Positions 22,534-31,958 of a DNA stretch of 64,000 bases are shown here, piece after piece. The DNA is from PVC group bacterium (ex Bugula neritina AB1) (GTDB taxonomy: Bacteria; GCA-001730085), in assembly GCA_001730085.1 (NCBI GenBank), contig MDLB01000107.1, forward strand, positions 34,432 to 98,431, in the 5' to 3' direction. The notes under the pieces were generated by a model. The model was not told the DNA's origin. It saw nothing but the letters and a program-made list of their open reading frames with translations, and searched no databases. Positions within the stretch are counted from its first letter, which is position 1. The number at the start of each line of letters is the position of its first letter. Position numbers and translations under genes: made by a program.

Positions 22534-23015
22534 AAATGTTTCTCAATATCTTTCGAATAAATTGAAAAGTATTTTTTTCGATCCTGCAAAGACATCTCTC
22601 TCATTAACAGTTTTTCTGACAAAGAAATAGCAATTTGAAAAACTTCATCTTTAAGCTCTTCCTTTGTCTTTTCAACATGCCTCTCAACATCTTCTTGCCC
22701 TCTCTGAACAAGCCTTGCAGCCTCTGTTTTTCCTTTTTCTATCAAAGCATCCTTCTGTTTAGATCCCATTGATCTAGCTTTTTTTCCGATAGAAATAGCC
22801 TCTTCTTTTGCTTGAGAAAGAAAAAGATCTGCCTCTTTAAGTTTTTCTTTAGCCTCAGAATGATACTTATCTGCATCATCCCAGAGTTTCTTAGTCTTAC
22901 TCGATCTATCATCAAGCATCCCAAGAACAGGTCCATAAAAAAACTTTTTCATAAAAGAAACTAAAAGCAAAAAGCCCAATGTCTGCAAGACAATTGTTGG
23001 CCAATTGATATCCAT
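22530..23015 (-). CDS. atpF: Fo ATP synthase b subunit
   Basis: Single N-terminal TM followed by a long charged coiled coil. Overlaps atpH. Confidence 0.8.
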   Translation of the reverse strand: MDINWPTIVLQTLGFLLLVSFMKKFFYGPVLGMLDDRSSKTKKLWDDADKYHSEAKEKLKEADLFLSQAKEEAISIGKKARSMGSKQKDALIEKGKTEAARLVQRGQEDVERHVEKTKEELKDEVFQIAISLSEKLLMREMSLQDRKKYFSIYSKDIEKHL

Positions 23016-23029
23016 AAGAGATAACCTTT

Positions 23030-23347
<318 letters not shown>

Positions 23348-23403
23348 TCAACTTCACTAAAGTTTTTCCTAAATCTAACAAAAGAAATTAAACTCTTACC
23401 TTA

Positions 23404-24177
23404 TCAATCACTCAGTTGCATAGAAATATACGTTGTCGCAAGCATTGCAAAAACAAAAGCTTGAACAAACCCTGCAAAAAGACCAAAAAAGGCATACGCA
23501 ACAAAGTATAAAATAGAAATCACCGGCGCCATCAAAGCATAAAGCGAACCTCCCGCTAAGCCCATCTGAGAAAAAGATTTTTCCACAATATCCGGACCCC
23601 CAACAGATGAAATCACCTTAAACACAACCATAGGAATCATCCCAAAAATAACCCCACCGCCAAACATATTTCCAAACAAACGAAAACAATGAGAAAGTGT
23701 TTGCCCAATCTCTCCTATAACATTAAGCGGCAACATAAAAATAAAGGGTTGCCCATAGCTTTTCAAGTAACCTCCAAGCCCTTTTGTACAAATCCCAGAA
23801 AAATGCGCAACAAAAAAAACAGTCAAAGCCAAAGACAAACAAACATTCAAGTCTTCTGTAGGACTAGACATCCCTGGAATAATCCCAATAATATTAGAAA
23901 CTAAAATAAACAGAAAAACAGTAGCAACAAAAGGAAAGTATTTTCTAGTCCTATCCTTCAACGTTCCCTCTAAAATAGAAAAAAAGCCACCCACAAACAT
24001 CTCAAGCAAAGACTGCTTTTTAGAGGGAAAGAACTTTAACTTGCGCGTAGATAGAAAAGAAAAAACGATCATGATCAAAAGAACAATAAAAATCATTCGC
24101 CATGTAACATCATTAAAAACTATTTCGCCCAATCTAGGAATCTGAATACTGCTTTTATGAACAGCGCCTACATCCAT
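23404..24177 (-). CDS. atpB: Fo ATP synthase a subunit
   Basis: Multi-TM protein with the conserved a-subunit Arg region (LSHCFRLFGNMFGG). Confidence 0.85.
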   Translation of the reverse strand: MDVGAVHKSSIQIPRLGEIVFNDVTWRMIFIVLLIMIVFSFLSTRKLKFFPSKKQSLLEMFVGGFFSILEGTLKDRTRKYFPFVATVFLFILVSNIIGIIPGMSSPTEDLNVCLSLALTVFFVAHFSGICTKGLGGYLKSYGQPFIFMLPLNVIGEIGQTLSHCFRLFGNMFGGGVIFGMIPMVVFKVISSVGGPDIVEKSFSQMGLAGGSLYALMAPVISILYFVAYAFFGLFAGFVQAFVFAMLATTYISMQLSD

Positions 24178-24185
24178 AAAAAAAT

Positions 24186-24449
24186 TTACGCTCCACCTTC
24201 AAAGTAAAGTAATAAAACACCTATAACAAGAGCATAAATACCACTACTGCTCGCAATAGCCATCGCAACAAGCATCACCTTCATAATGCCTGATCTTGTA
24301 TCTTCTCTTTTGGCCATTGCCTGCAACCCTATCGCTCCAACATTACCTGCACCAATCGCAGGACCAATAGCACCCAAACCCATACACATTGCGGCACCTA
24401 AAAAGGAAAAAATTCTTAAAAATTCAAGTTTTTCCATAAAAAAAATCAC
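24186..24449 (-). CDS. ATP synthase c-subunit paralog lacking the essential carboxylate (AIASSSGIYAL instead of AETTGIYAL)
   Basis: Aligns with atpE: [25 protein letters not shown] vs [23 protein letters not shown], and a GIYAL helix 2. 4-nt overlap with the upstream atpI-like gene. Confidence 0.6.
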   Translation of the reverse strand: MIFFMEKLEFLRIFSFLGAAMCMGLGAIGPAIGAGNVGAIGLQAMAKREDTRSGIMKVMLVAMAIASSSGIYALVIGVLLLYFEGGA

Positions 24450-24853
24450 CTTCTTCTACCTACAAATTCTGTCACAATTCGACAAATATTAGCTTCCTTA
24501 AGAAACAAAAACCCAATAAGAAAGCTCCAAAAAAAAGTAAAACCTTTGTGGATCAATAAATACAAAAAGAATCCAACAAGAAAGTAAAATATAATATAGG
24601 CAAAAAAGAAAAAAGTAAAGATTTTTTTAACAACGAAAACCTCTTGCGTCAATGCTTTTCGAACAAAAAGAAAACACGAAAAAAGATTCAACAAAGTTAA
24701 CGAAGTTCCTAAAGCCCAACACCTAAGAGCTTCCTTTCCTCCCATAAAAAAAACAACTAGCATTCCAACTAATAAACAAAAAAAAGAAAACCCAAAACCT
24801 TCTTGAGAGCTCCTAAACATACCTTCTTTAATAAAAGAGTTTTTTTTAAACAT
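24446..24853 (-). CDS. atpI: AtpI-like ATP synthase-associated membrane protein
   Basis: Small 4-TM hydrophobic protein at the head of the atp operon. Overlaps the c-like gene by 4 nt. Confidence 0.45.
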   Translation of the reverse strand: MFKKNSFIKEGMFRSSQEGFGFSFFCLLVGMLVVFFMGGKEALRCWALGTSLTLLNLFSCFLFVRKALTQEVFVVKKIFTFFFFAYIIFYFLVGFFLYLLIHKGFTFFWSFLIGFLFLKEANICRIVTEFVGRRR

Positions 24854-25011
24854 TTTCCATTTTTTCTATATCAAGATTAATCCATACGACAAAATGCTAA
24901 TCCATTTCTTTTGAAACTTCGAGACCCCTAAAAAATCAAAGACAGATTTTCAACTCATTCACTCAAAACCTCTAATTTTCTACCCAATAGCTATCCAAAA
25001 AAACCTAAACT

Positions 25012-25290
25012 TTAACCGTTTTCACCCTCAAACAAAGAATCCTCTTTATCAAAAAAATGTATCAAAACTTTCCGATAAACAGAATAAACACCACAAGCAA
25101 CTCCAGCAAAAAGACCAATACAAAAGCAAAGAGAAACATCTTCCCTTAAAAGCCTATCTAAAAAAAACCCCAAACTCCCTCCCAGCAAAGTAAAAAACAT
25201 CATCCTTAAACATAAAGAGAAAAAAGGAAGCCCTATATTTTTTTGCAACTCACCAAAATGTATTTTTTTTTTAAATTCATGATATTTCAC
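25012..25290 (-). CDS. Small 2-TM membrane protein (possible AtpZ-type ATP synthase-associated protein)
   Basis: 92 aa with two hydrophobic helices. Located between parB and atpI, only 8 bp from the parB stop. Confidence 0.3.
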   Translation of the reverse strand: MKYHEFKKKIHFGELQKNIGLPFFSLCLRMMFFTLLGGSLGFFLDRLLREDVSLCFCIGLFAGVACGVYSVYRKVLIHFFDKEDSLFEGENG

Positions 25291-25297
25291 AAAAAAA

Positions 25298-26164
25298 TCA
25301 CAAACCTTCTTCTTTTATACGACTCACCAATCGCTGCAAATCATCCAAAGAATAAAACTCTACAGAAATCAAACCTTTTTGAGAAGAGTCCGTATATTTA
25401 ACAGAAACTTTTGTTCCCAATGTCTCTGCTAAATCTTCCTCTAAAGCCATAACGTGTAAGTCTTGATTTTTCTCATCCTCTTCTGATTTAGCACCATACT
25501 TAGCCTTTTTGATCCGCTTCGTTAGATCTTTTGTGCTCAGCTTCTCATCGACCAATTCTTTTGCCACTTGCTGTTGCTCATCTTTTGAATCCAAAGACAT
25601 CAGCAATTTCGCACTCGCAAATGTGATTTCTCCAGAAGCTATCTTCGTTCGCACATCCTCAGGCAAAGACAATAACCGCAAAGTATTCGTGACCGAAGTT
25701 CTACTTAAGCCAATTTTTTGCCCCAAGTCTTCCTGTGTCATCTCAAATTTATCCATATAGTTTTTATAAGCAAAAGCTTTCTCAATCCAATTCAAGTCAC
25801 TTCTCTGAAGATTTTCTACCAAAGCTATCTCACAACTATCCAAATCATTAACTTCTTTAACTATCGCAGGAACTGTCATAAGACCTAAGTTCTTACAAGC
25901 ACGAAATCGCCTCTCACCAGCTATGATTTCATAACCATTTTCATCAGCCCCTTTTCGCACCAAAATAGGCTGTAAAACCCCCTTGTCCTTTATCGACTGA
26001 GTTAACTGTAAAAGCGCATCTGAATCAAATTCCAGCCTAGGCTGATTCTGATTAGGAACAATCAAAGCCAATGAAATATCAACAACTTTTGGCCCTTTAC
26101 CGGCTTCTTTTTTATCCGGAATCAATGATCGGAGTCCTCTCCCTAAAACAGCTCTTTCCATCAA
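25298..26164 (-). CDS. parB: Chromosome partitioning protein ParB/Spo0J
   Basis: ParB box (LQPILVR...YEIIAGERRFRA), HTH region (QEDLGQKIGLSRTSVTNTLRLL). Confidence 0.9.
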   Translation of the reverse strand: MMERAVLGRGLRSLIPDKKEAGKGPKVVDISLALIVPNQNQPRLEFDSDALLQLTQSIKDKGVLQPILVRKGADENGYEIIAGERRFRACKNLGLMTVPAIVKEVNDLDSCEIALVENLQRSDLNWIEKAFAYKNYMDKFEMTQEDLGQKIGLSRTSVTNTLRLLSLPEDVRTKIASGEITFASAKLLMSLDSKDEQQQVAKELVDEKLSTKDLTKRIKKAKYGAKSEEDEKNQDLHVMALEEDLAETLGTKVSVKYTDSSQKGLISVEFYSLDDLQRLVSRIKEEGL

Positions 26165-26295
26165 ACTTTCCTTTCATTCAAGTTCATTGATAACATGCCA
26201 ACCCTCCTAGCATAAAAAGGCGCTTTAAAATCTCTCACAAAAAAAACACATCAAAATCACGATATATCTTGTCTCTCATAAACACAACTATCGAA

Positions 26296-27075
26296 TTAAA
26301 CCTCAAGAAGAGAATATCTCCCCAGTAACTCTTGAGCTAATTCAATATAATTTTCGGCACCCACAGATCTCATTTGATACATAGTGACAGGTTTTCCAAA
26401 CCCAGGAGCCTCGCTCAAATAAGGATCCCTCTGAATAACTGAACGAAAAACCTTATCCTTAAAGTGATCACGAACCTCCTTAACAACATGAGTAGCAAGC
26501 TCGTTATCTTTTTCATACATCGTCAACAAAAAACCTTCAATAGCCAAATGCGGATTCAACCCTTCGACACACATATCAATGGTCTTTAAAAGCTGAGACA
26601 AACCTTCCAAGGCATAGTACTGACATTGTACAGGAACAAGAACAGAGTCCGCAGAGGTCAAAGCGTTAACTGTCAAAAGAGTTAGCGAGGGAGGACAGTC
26701 TATAACAATAAAATTATAACTTTCGCCCAAAACCTTCAAACACTTTTTTAAAATAAATTCTCTTCCCTCTCTACCCATCATTTCAATATCTAAACCAAAA
26801 AGATCTGCTTCCGCAGGAAGAACAAAAAGATTCGGAAGCTCTGTTGGAACAATAGCTTCAGCAAACATTTTTTCATACAACATAACATCGTAAAGTGTTT
26901 TTGCAGATTTCTTAGGTTTAACGCCTAAGCCACTAGTCCCATTCGATTGAGGGTCTATATCTATAAACAAAACCTTTTCACCTGCCATCGCAAGCGCAGC
27001 AGAGACATTGATCGCCGAGGTCGTCTTCCCAACACCCCCTTTTTGATTAGCAACAGCCATGATACGTTTTAACAT
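26296..27075 (-). CDS. parA: Chromosome partitioning ATPase ParA/Soj
   Basis: Deviant Walker A KGGVGKTT. The track ORF extends to 27138, but the likely start is M at 27075 (MLKRIMAVANQKGG), which avoids overlap with mnmG. Confidence 0.9.
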   Translation of the reverse strand: MLKRIMAVANQKGGVGKTTSAINVSAALAMAGEKVLFIDIDPQSNGTSGLGVKPKKSAKTLYDVMLYEKMFAEAIVPTELPNLFVLPAEADLFGLDIEMMGREGREFILKKCLKVLGESYNFIVIDCPPSLTLLTVNALTSADSVLVPVQCQYYALEGLSQLLKTIDMCVEGLNPHLAIEGFLLTMYEKDNELATHVVKEVRDHFKDKVFRSVIQRDPYLSEAPGFGKPVTMYQMRSVGAENYIELAQELLGRYSLLEV

Positions 27076-27115
27076 TTTTCCCAACCTTTCTCTCAAAACA
27101 CTACTATTTCGTCTT

Positions 27116-28918
27116 CTAAGATTTCCTATATTTCTCAATATGAATCATCAAAACAGATATATCTGCGGGGCTAACCCCCATAATTCTACTCGCCTGACCA
27201 AGATTCACAGGCAAAACTTGAGCCAATTTCTCTTTCGCTTCTTTTTTTAAACCTTGCAAGTTTTCAAAAGAGAAACCCTTAGGGATTTTTACATTATCCA
27301 AGTGCTTAACCTTTTCCAACCTCTTATTTTGACGCAAGAGATACCCCTCATACTTTATCTCAGACATGACAAGCTCTTTCAAATCATCTGAGATCGTAGG
27401 AAGTTCAGGAGACACCGGATACTGAGAAATATCCTCTCCTCCCCCCTTCAATAAGGCTTTCATCTTAGGGTCACGCACTATTAAGCCCTTCAGTCTTTTC
27501 AATTCCTTACTCAACGTTTTTTTCTTATCAAGAAAGTCGCAATATTGCGCATAAGGGATTAACCCTACCCGATACCCATACTCTGTTAGACGCATATCAG
27601 CATTATCATTCCGAAGATAAAGACGGTTCTCCGCAGCAGAAGTAAACATGCGATAAGGTTCTTCTGTATTCTTAGTAATCAAGTCATCAATAAGAACACC
27701 TATATATGACTCATCCCTTGACAAGGTTAACGGCTTCTCTTTCTTGATCTTCAAAGCTGCATTAATCCCCGCAACCAAACCCTGCGCAGCTGCTTCCTCA
27801 TAACCAGAAGTTCCATTAACTTGCCCTGCCAAATAAAGACCCTCTATGTTTTTCGTCTCTAACGTTGGGTTTAATTGATTCGGGAACAAAAAATCATATT
27901 CTACAGCATAACCATATCTCAGAACTTTAGCCTTTTCCAAACCTTCAATACTATGAATCATCTCCAATTGCACTTCCTTAGATAAGCTCGTCGACAAACC
28001 ATTCACATAAACCTCATTTGTCGAAAGACTCTCTGGCTCTAAAAAAATTTGATGCCTTTCTCTTTCAGGAAAGCGAACGATTTTATCTTCAAAAGAAGGA
28101 CAATAACGAGGACCTATTCCTTTAATTTTTCCTGTAAAAAGAGGAGAACAATCTAAATTATTTTCAACAATCTTATGTGTTTTAAAATTCGAATAAGTCA
28201 CATGGCAAGAAATATGATCCAACCTTTCCTTTGGAGGAAAAAACGAAAATGTTCTCAAAGGAACATCGCTCGGCTGATCTAATAAGCCTTCATAGTTAAT
28301 CGTTTGCATATCAATACGAGCAGGGGTTCCTGTCTTTAGACGTCCCAACCTAAAACCCATCTCTTGCAAAGCATCAGACAAGCCTACAGAAGCATTTTCT
28401 CCATCCCTACCACCATCATACCCCTTTAACCCTCTATGAATATATCCATTCAAAAAAGTTCCAGAAGTAATAACAAGAGCCTTAGAAAAACAATCCTCAC
28501 CATCTTCCAAAGAAACTCCCTTAACCTTATCTCCATCCATAAGCAAATGAGTAACCATGCCATTTTTAACCGTTAAGTTTTCTTGAGAAGCGACAATTCG
28601 TTGCATCCTTTGAGCATACAAATATTTATCAGACTGTACTCGATAAGCACGAACAGCCGAACCTTTTTTAGTATTCAAGACCCGAAACTGAATCGCAGTT
28701 GCATCTGCATTCTTACCCATTTCACCACCCAGAGCATCAACCTCTCTAGCTAACTGACTTTTGGCAAGCCCTCCGATAGAAGGATTGCACGACATTTTTC
28801 CAATAACAGAGGAATCCATGGTTATCATCATTATATTAAGACCCATACGGCTGGCAGCTAAGCTCGCCTCACAACCAGCATGACCACCTCCAACAACTAT
28901 AATATCAAAAATTTCCAT
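27116..28918 (-). CDS. mnmG: tRNA uridine 5-carboxymethylaminomethyl modification enzyme MnmG (GidA)
   Basis: FAD-binding VVGGGHAGCEA at the N-terminus, full-length GidA similarity. Confidence 0.95.
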   Translation of the reverse strand: MEIFDIIVVGGGHAGCEASLAASRMGLNIMMITMDSSVIGKMSCNPSIGGLAKSQLAREVDALGGEMGKNADATAIQFRVLNTKKGSAVRAYRVQSDKYLYAQRMQRIVASQENLTVKNGMVTHLLMDGDKVKGVSLEDGEDCFSKALVITSGTFLNGYIHRGLKGYDGGRDGENASVGLSDALQEMGFRLGRLKTGTPARIDMQTINYEGLLDQPSDVPLRTFSFFPPKERLDHISCHVTYSNFKTHKIVENNLDCSPLFTGKIKGIGPRYCPSFEDKIVRFPERERHQIFLEPESLSTNEVYVNGLSTSLSKEVQLEMIHSIEGLEKAKVLRYGYAVEYDFLFPNQLNPTLETKNIEGLYLAGQVNGTSGYEEAAAQGLVAGINAALKIKKEKPLTLSRDESYIGVLIDDLITKNTEEPYRMFTSAAENRLYLRNDNADMRLTEYGYRVGLIPYAQYCDFLDKKKTLSKELKRLKGLIVRDPKMKALLKGGGEDISQYPVSPELPTISDDLKELVMSEIKYEGYLLRQNKRLEKVKHLDNVKIPKGFSFENLQGLKKEAKEKLAQVLPVNLGQASRIMGVSPADISVLMIHIEKYRKS

Positions 28919-29788
28919 TAAAAACTACACCCTTTATCTCTAAAAAAAAGCCTTAATTATCAAGAAAGTTCTCTAAAAAATCAAAAAGAATATTCTTTAA
29001 AACAATAAAAATACAAAAACATTTCGTTTCAAAAAATAACTAATCTTCGCTTATGTATGTTTTAAAAATAACAAAAAATATAAAAAATCTTACAAAATAT
29101 TTTACTACGGAAACATTATACAAATAAACGAAAAGTGAAATTTTATAAAAATTCATATTTTAAAACGATTATCGTCTCATATTTTATTTTAATTTTCAAG
29201 AAAAGAAGATTTTAAAGAGTAAAGTTTTTTCACAAAAGATCAAAAACGTACAACTCATTCATCAAAAACAATACCCCTACAACTCTCTTCCCATCAAACA
29301 ACGTTCCCAAAGGAACATCACTGAACATTTTTTTCCATATAAGAATTTTAAACCTTCACCTTTAATAAAGAAGAGTAGGGCAGAGAACCTTCAATATCTA
29401 TTAGCTCAAATAAAATTGCTAAGAAAAACAAAATACAAAGTCTCTAAAAAAGTCATACCTTAAAATTGCAAAAAAAATCCTAACACCAAAACCTAAAAGA
29501 TCTTTATCCTCTCTTAAAAGATATTCCTATAAAGCTCTTTCCATCAAACAACGTTCCCAAGGGAACATCACTAAATATTTTTTCCATATAAGAATCCTAA
29601 ACCCTCGCCTTTAATAAAGAAGAGTCGGACAGGGGAGCCTCAACATCTATTAGTTCAAATAAAAATCCTGAGAAAAACAAAACACAAAGTCTCTAAAAAA
29701 GTCATACCTTAAAATTGCAAAAAAATCCTAACACCAAAATCTAAGAGATCTTCATCCTCTCTTAAAAGATATTCCTATAAAGCTCTTT

Positions 29789-30660
29789 CCATCAAACAAC
29801 GTTCCCAAGGGAACATCACGAAATATTTTTTCCATACAAGAATATAAAACCTTCACCTTTAATAAAGGAGAGTAGGACAGAGAAGCTTCAATATCTATTA
29901 GCACGAATAAAAATCCTAACACCAAAACCTAAGAAATCTGCATCCTCCCTTAAAAGATATTCCTATAAAGCTCTTTCCATCAAACAACATTCCCAAGAGA
30001 ACATCACTAAATATTTTTTCCATACAAGAATATAAACCCTTCACCTTTAATAAAGGAAAGTAGGGCAGAGAAGCTTCAATATCTATTAGCACGAATAAAA
30101 ATCCTAACACCAAAACCTACGAGATCTGCATCCTCTCTTAAAAGATATCCCTATAAAGCTCTTTCCATCAAACAACGTTCCCAAGGGAACATCACTGAAT
30201 ATTTTTTCCATATAAGAATTTTAAACATTCACCCTTAATAAAGGAGAGTAGGGCAGAGAAGCTTCAATATCTATTAGCACGAATAAAAATCCTGAGGAAA
30301 ACAAGATACAAAGTCTCTAAAAAAGTCATACCTTAAAATTACAAAAAAATCCTAACACCAAAACCTAAGAGATCTCTATCCTCTCTTAAAAGATATCCCT
30401 ATAAAGCTCTTTCCATCAAACAACGTTCCCAAGGGAACATCACTAAATATTTTTTCCATATAAGAATTTCAAACCTTCACCTTTAATAAAGGAGAGTCGG
30501 ACAGGGGCGCCTCAACATCTATTAGTTCAAATAAAAATCCTGAGAAAAACAAAACACAAAGTCTCTAAAAAAGTCACACCTTAAAATTGCAAAAAAATCC
30601 TAACACCAAAATCTAAGAGATCTTCATCCTCTCTTAAAAGATATTCCTATAAAGCTCTTT
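29789..30660. repeat. Higher-order repeat copy 1 (S-S-L-L, 872 bp)
   Basis: Unit boundaries at 29789, 29977, 30165, 30413 and 30661. The first ~376 bp are near-identical to copy 2. Confidence 0.85.
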
Positions 30661-31530
30661 CCATCAAACAACGTTCCCAAGGGAACATCACGAAATATTT
30701 TTTCCATACAAGAATATAAAACCTTCACCTTTAATAAAGGAGAGTAGGACAGAGAAGCTTCAATATCTATTAGCACGAATAAAAATCCTAACACCAAAAC
30801 CTAAGAAATCTGCATCCTCCCTTAAAAGATATTCCTATAAAGCTCTTTCCATCAAACAACATTCCCAAGAGAACATCACTAAATATTTTTTCCATACAAG
30901 AATATAAACCCTTCACCTTTAATAAAGGAAAGTAGGGCAGAGAAGCTTCAATATCTATTAGCACGAATAAAAATCCTAACACCAAAACCTACGAGATCTG
31001 CATCCTCTCTTAAAAGATATCCCTATAAAGCTCTTTCCATCAAACAACGTTCCCAAAGGAACATCACTGAACATCTTTTCCATATAAGAATTTTAAACCT
31101 TCACCTTTAATAAAGGAGAGTCGGGCAGGGAAGTCTCAATATTTATTAGTTCAAATAAAAACCCTGAGAAAAACAAAACACAAAGCCTCTAAAAAAGTCA
31201 CACCTTAAAATTGCAAAAAAATCCTAACACCAAAATCTAAGAGATCTTCATCCTCTCTTAAAAGATATTCCTATAAAGCTCTTTCCATCAAACAACGTTC
31301 CCAAGGAAACATCCCTGAAATTTTTTTCCATACAAGAATTTAATTCCTTCATTTTTAATAAAGGAGACTACGGCAGGGAAGCCTCAATATTTATTAGTTC
31401 AAATAAAATTGCTAAGAAAAAAAATACAAAGTCTCTAAAAAAGTCATACCTTAAAATTACAAAAAAATCCTAATACCAAAAACTAAGAGATCTGCATCCT
31501 CTCTTAAAAGATATTTCTATAAAGCTCTTT
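30661..31530. repeat. Higher-order repeat copy 2 (S-S-L-L, ~870 bp)
   Basis: Unit boundaries at 30661, 30849, 31037, 31285 and 31531. Confidence 0.85.
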
Positions 31531-31958
31531 CCATCAAACAACGTTCCCAAGGGAACATCACTGAATATTTTTTTCCATACAAGAATTTAATTCCTTCATT
31601 TTTAATAAAGGAGACTAGGACAGGGAAGCGTCAATATCTATTAGCTCAAATAGAATTGCTAAGAAAAACAAAATACAAAATCTCTAAAAAGAGACAAATC
31701 TTAAACTCATAAAAAAAATACAAAAGACAACAGTCTAAACAAACAAAAACTCTAGAAAAAATATCATTAAATATTTTTTTCATATCAATAAATTTCAATT
31801 AAATATAAAAAAAGAGAAGTCGAAGAGCGAAAGATAGCAAAGTAAATATCAGATCAAAAAGAAAGAGGAGAAGTTTCGAAAAAGATAACTAAAAAGGGAA
31901 TATTCAAAAAATAAAAAAACTCATAAGAAAAAAACCGTCAGAAAAAATTTAAGAAAAA

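Larger units (their letters stand above)
29270..31730. repeat. Satellite-like tandem repeat array of 11 units. Short unit S is ~188 bp; long unit L is ~248 bp (S plus a 60-bp segment). Order is L L S S L L S S L L L, i.e. an 872-bp higher-order repeat (SSLL) present twice.
   Basis: The anchor ccatcaaaca recurs at 29291, 29541, 29789, 29977, 30165, 30413, 30661, 30849, 31037, 31285 and 31531. Two identical 198-bp stretches (29916-30113 and 30788-30985, the identical 65-aa artefact ORFs) lie 872 bp apart. Stops in all six frames. Confidence 0.95.

Noticed and set aside
27076-27138. N-terminal 21-aa extension of parA (MRNIGNLRRRNSSVLRERLGK) overlapping the mnmG 3' end
   Set aside because: A ParA normally starts a few residues before the KGGVGKTT P-loop. 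The internal Met at 27075 gives a standard N-terminus and removes the overlap, so the extension is probably not translated.
29916-30113. Two identical 65-aa ORFs (29916..30113 and 30788..30985, minus strand) inside the tandem array
   Set aside because: They are copies of the same repeat unit. The reading frame is broken or different in other units (e.g. 35-aa and 26-aa versions), substitutions between units are non-synonymous, and there is no consistent start or stop. Treated as artefacts of the repeat, not genes.
29270-31730. CRISPR array hypothesis for the repeat region
   Set aside because: Units are 188/248 bp with about 90% identity along their entire length, with no short conserved repeats separated by unique spacers. 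No cas genes are nearby.
25298-31958. Canonical parS (TGTTNCACGTGAAACA) near parAB or in the repeat array
   Set aside because: Could not find a convincing match by eye in this window. The array dyad (GTTCCCAAGGGAAC) does not resemble parS, so a centromere role for the array remains pure speculation.
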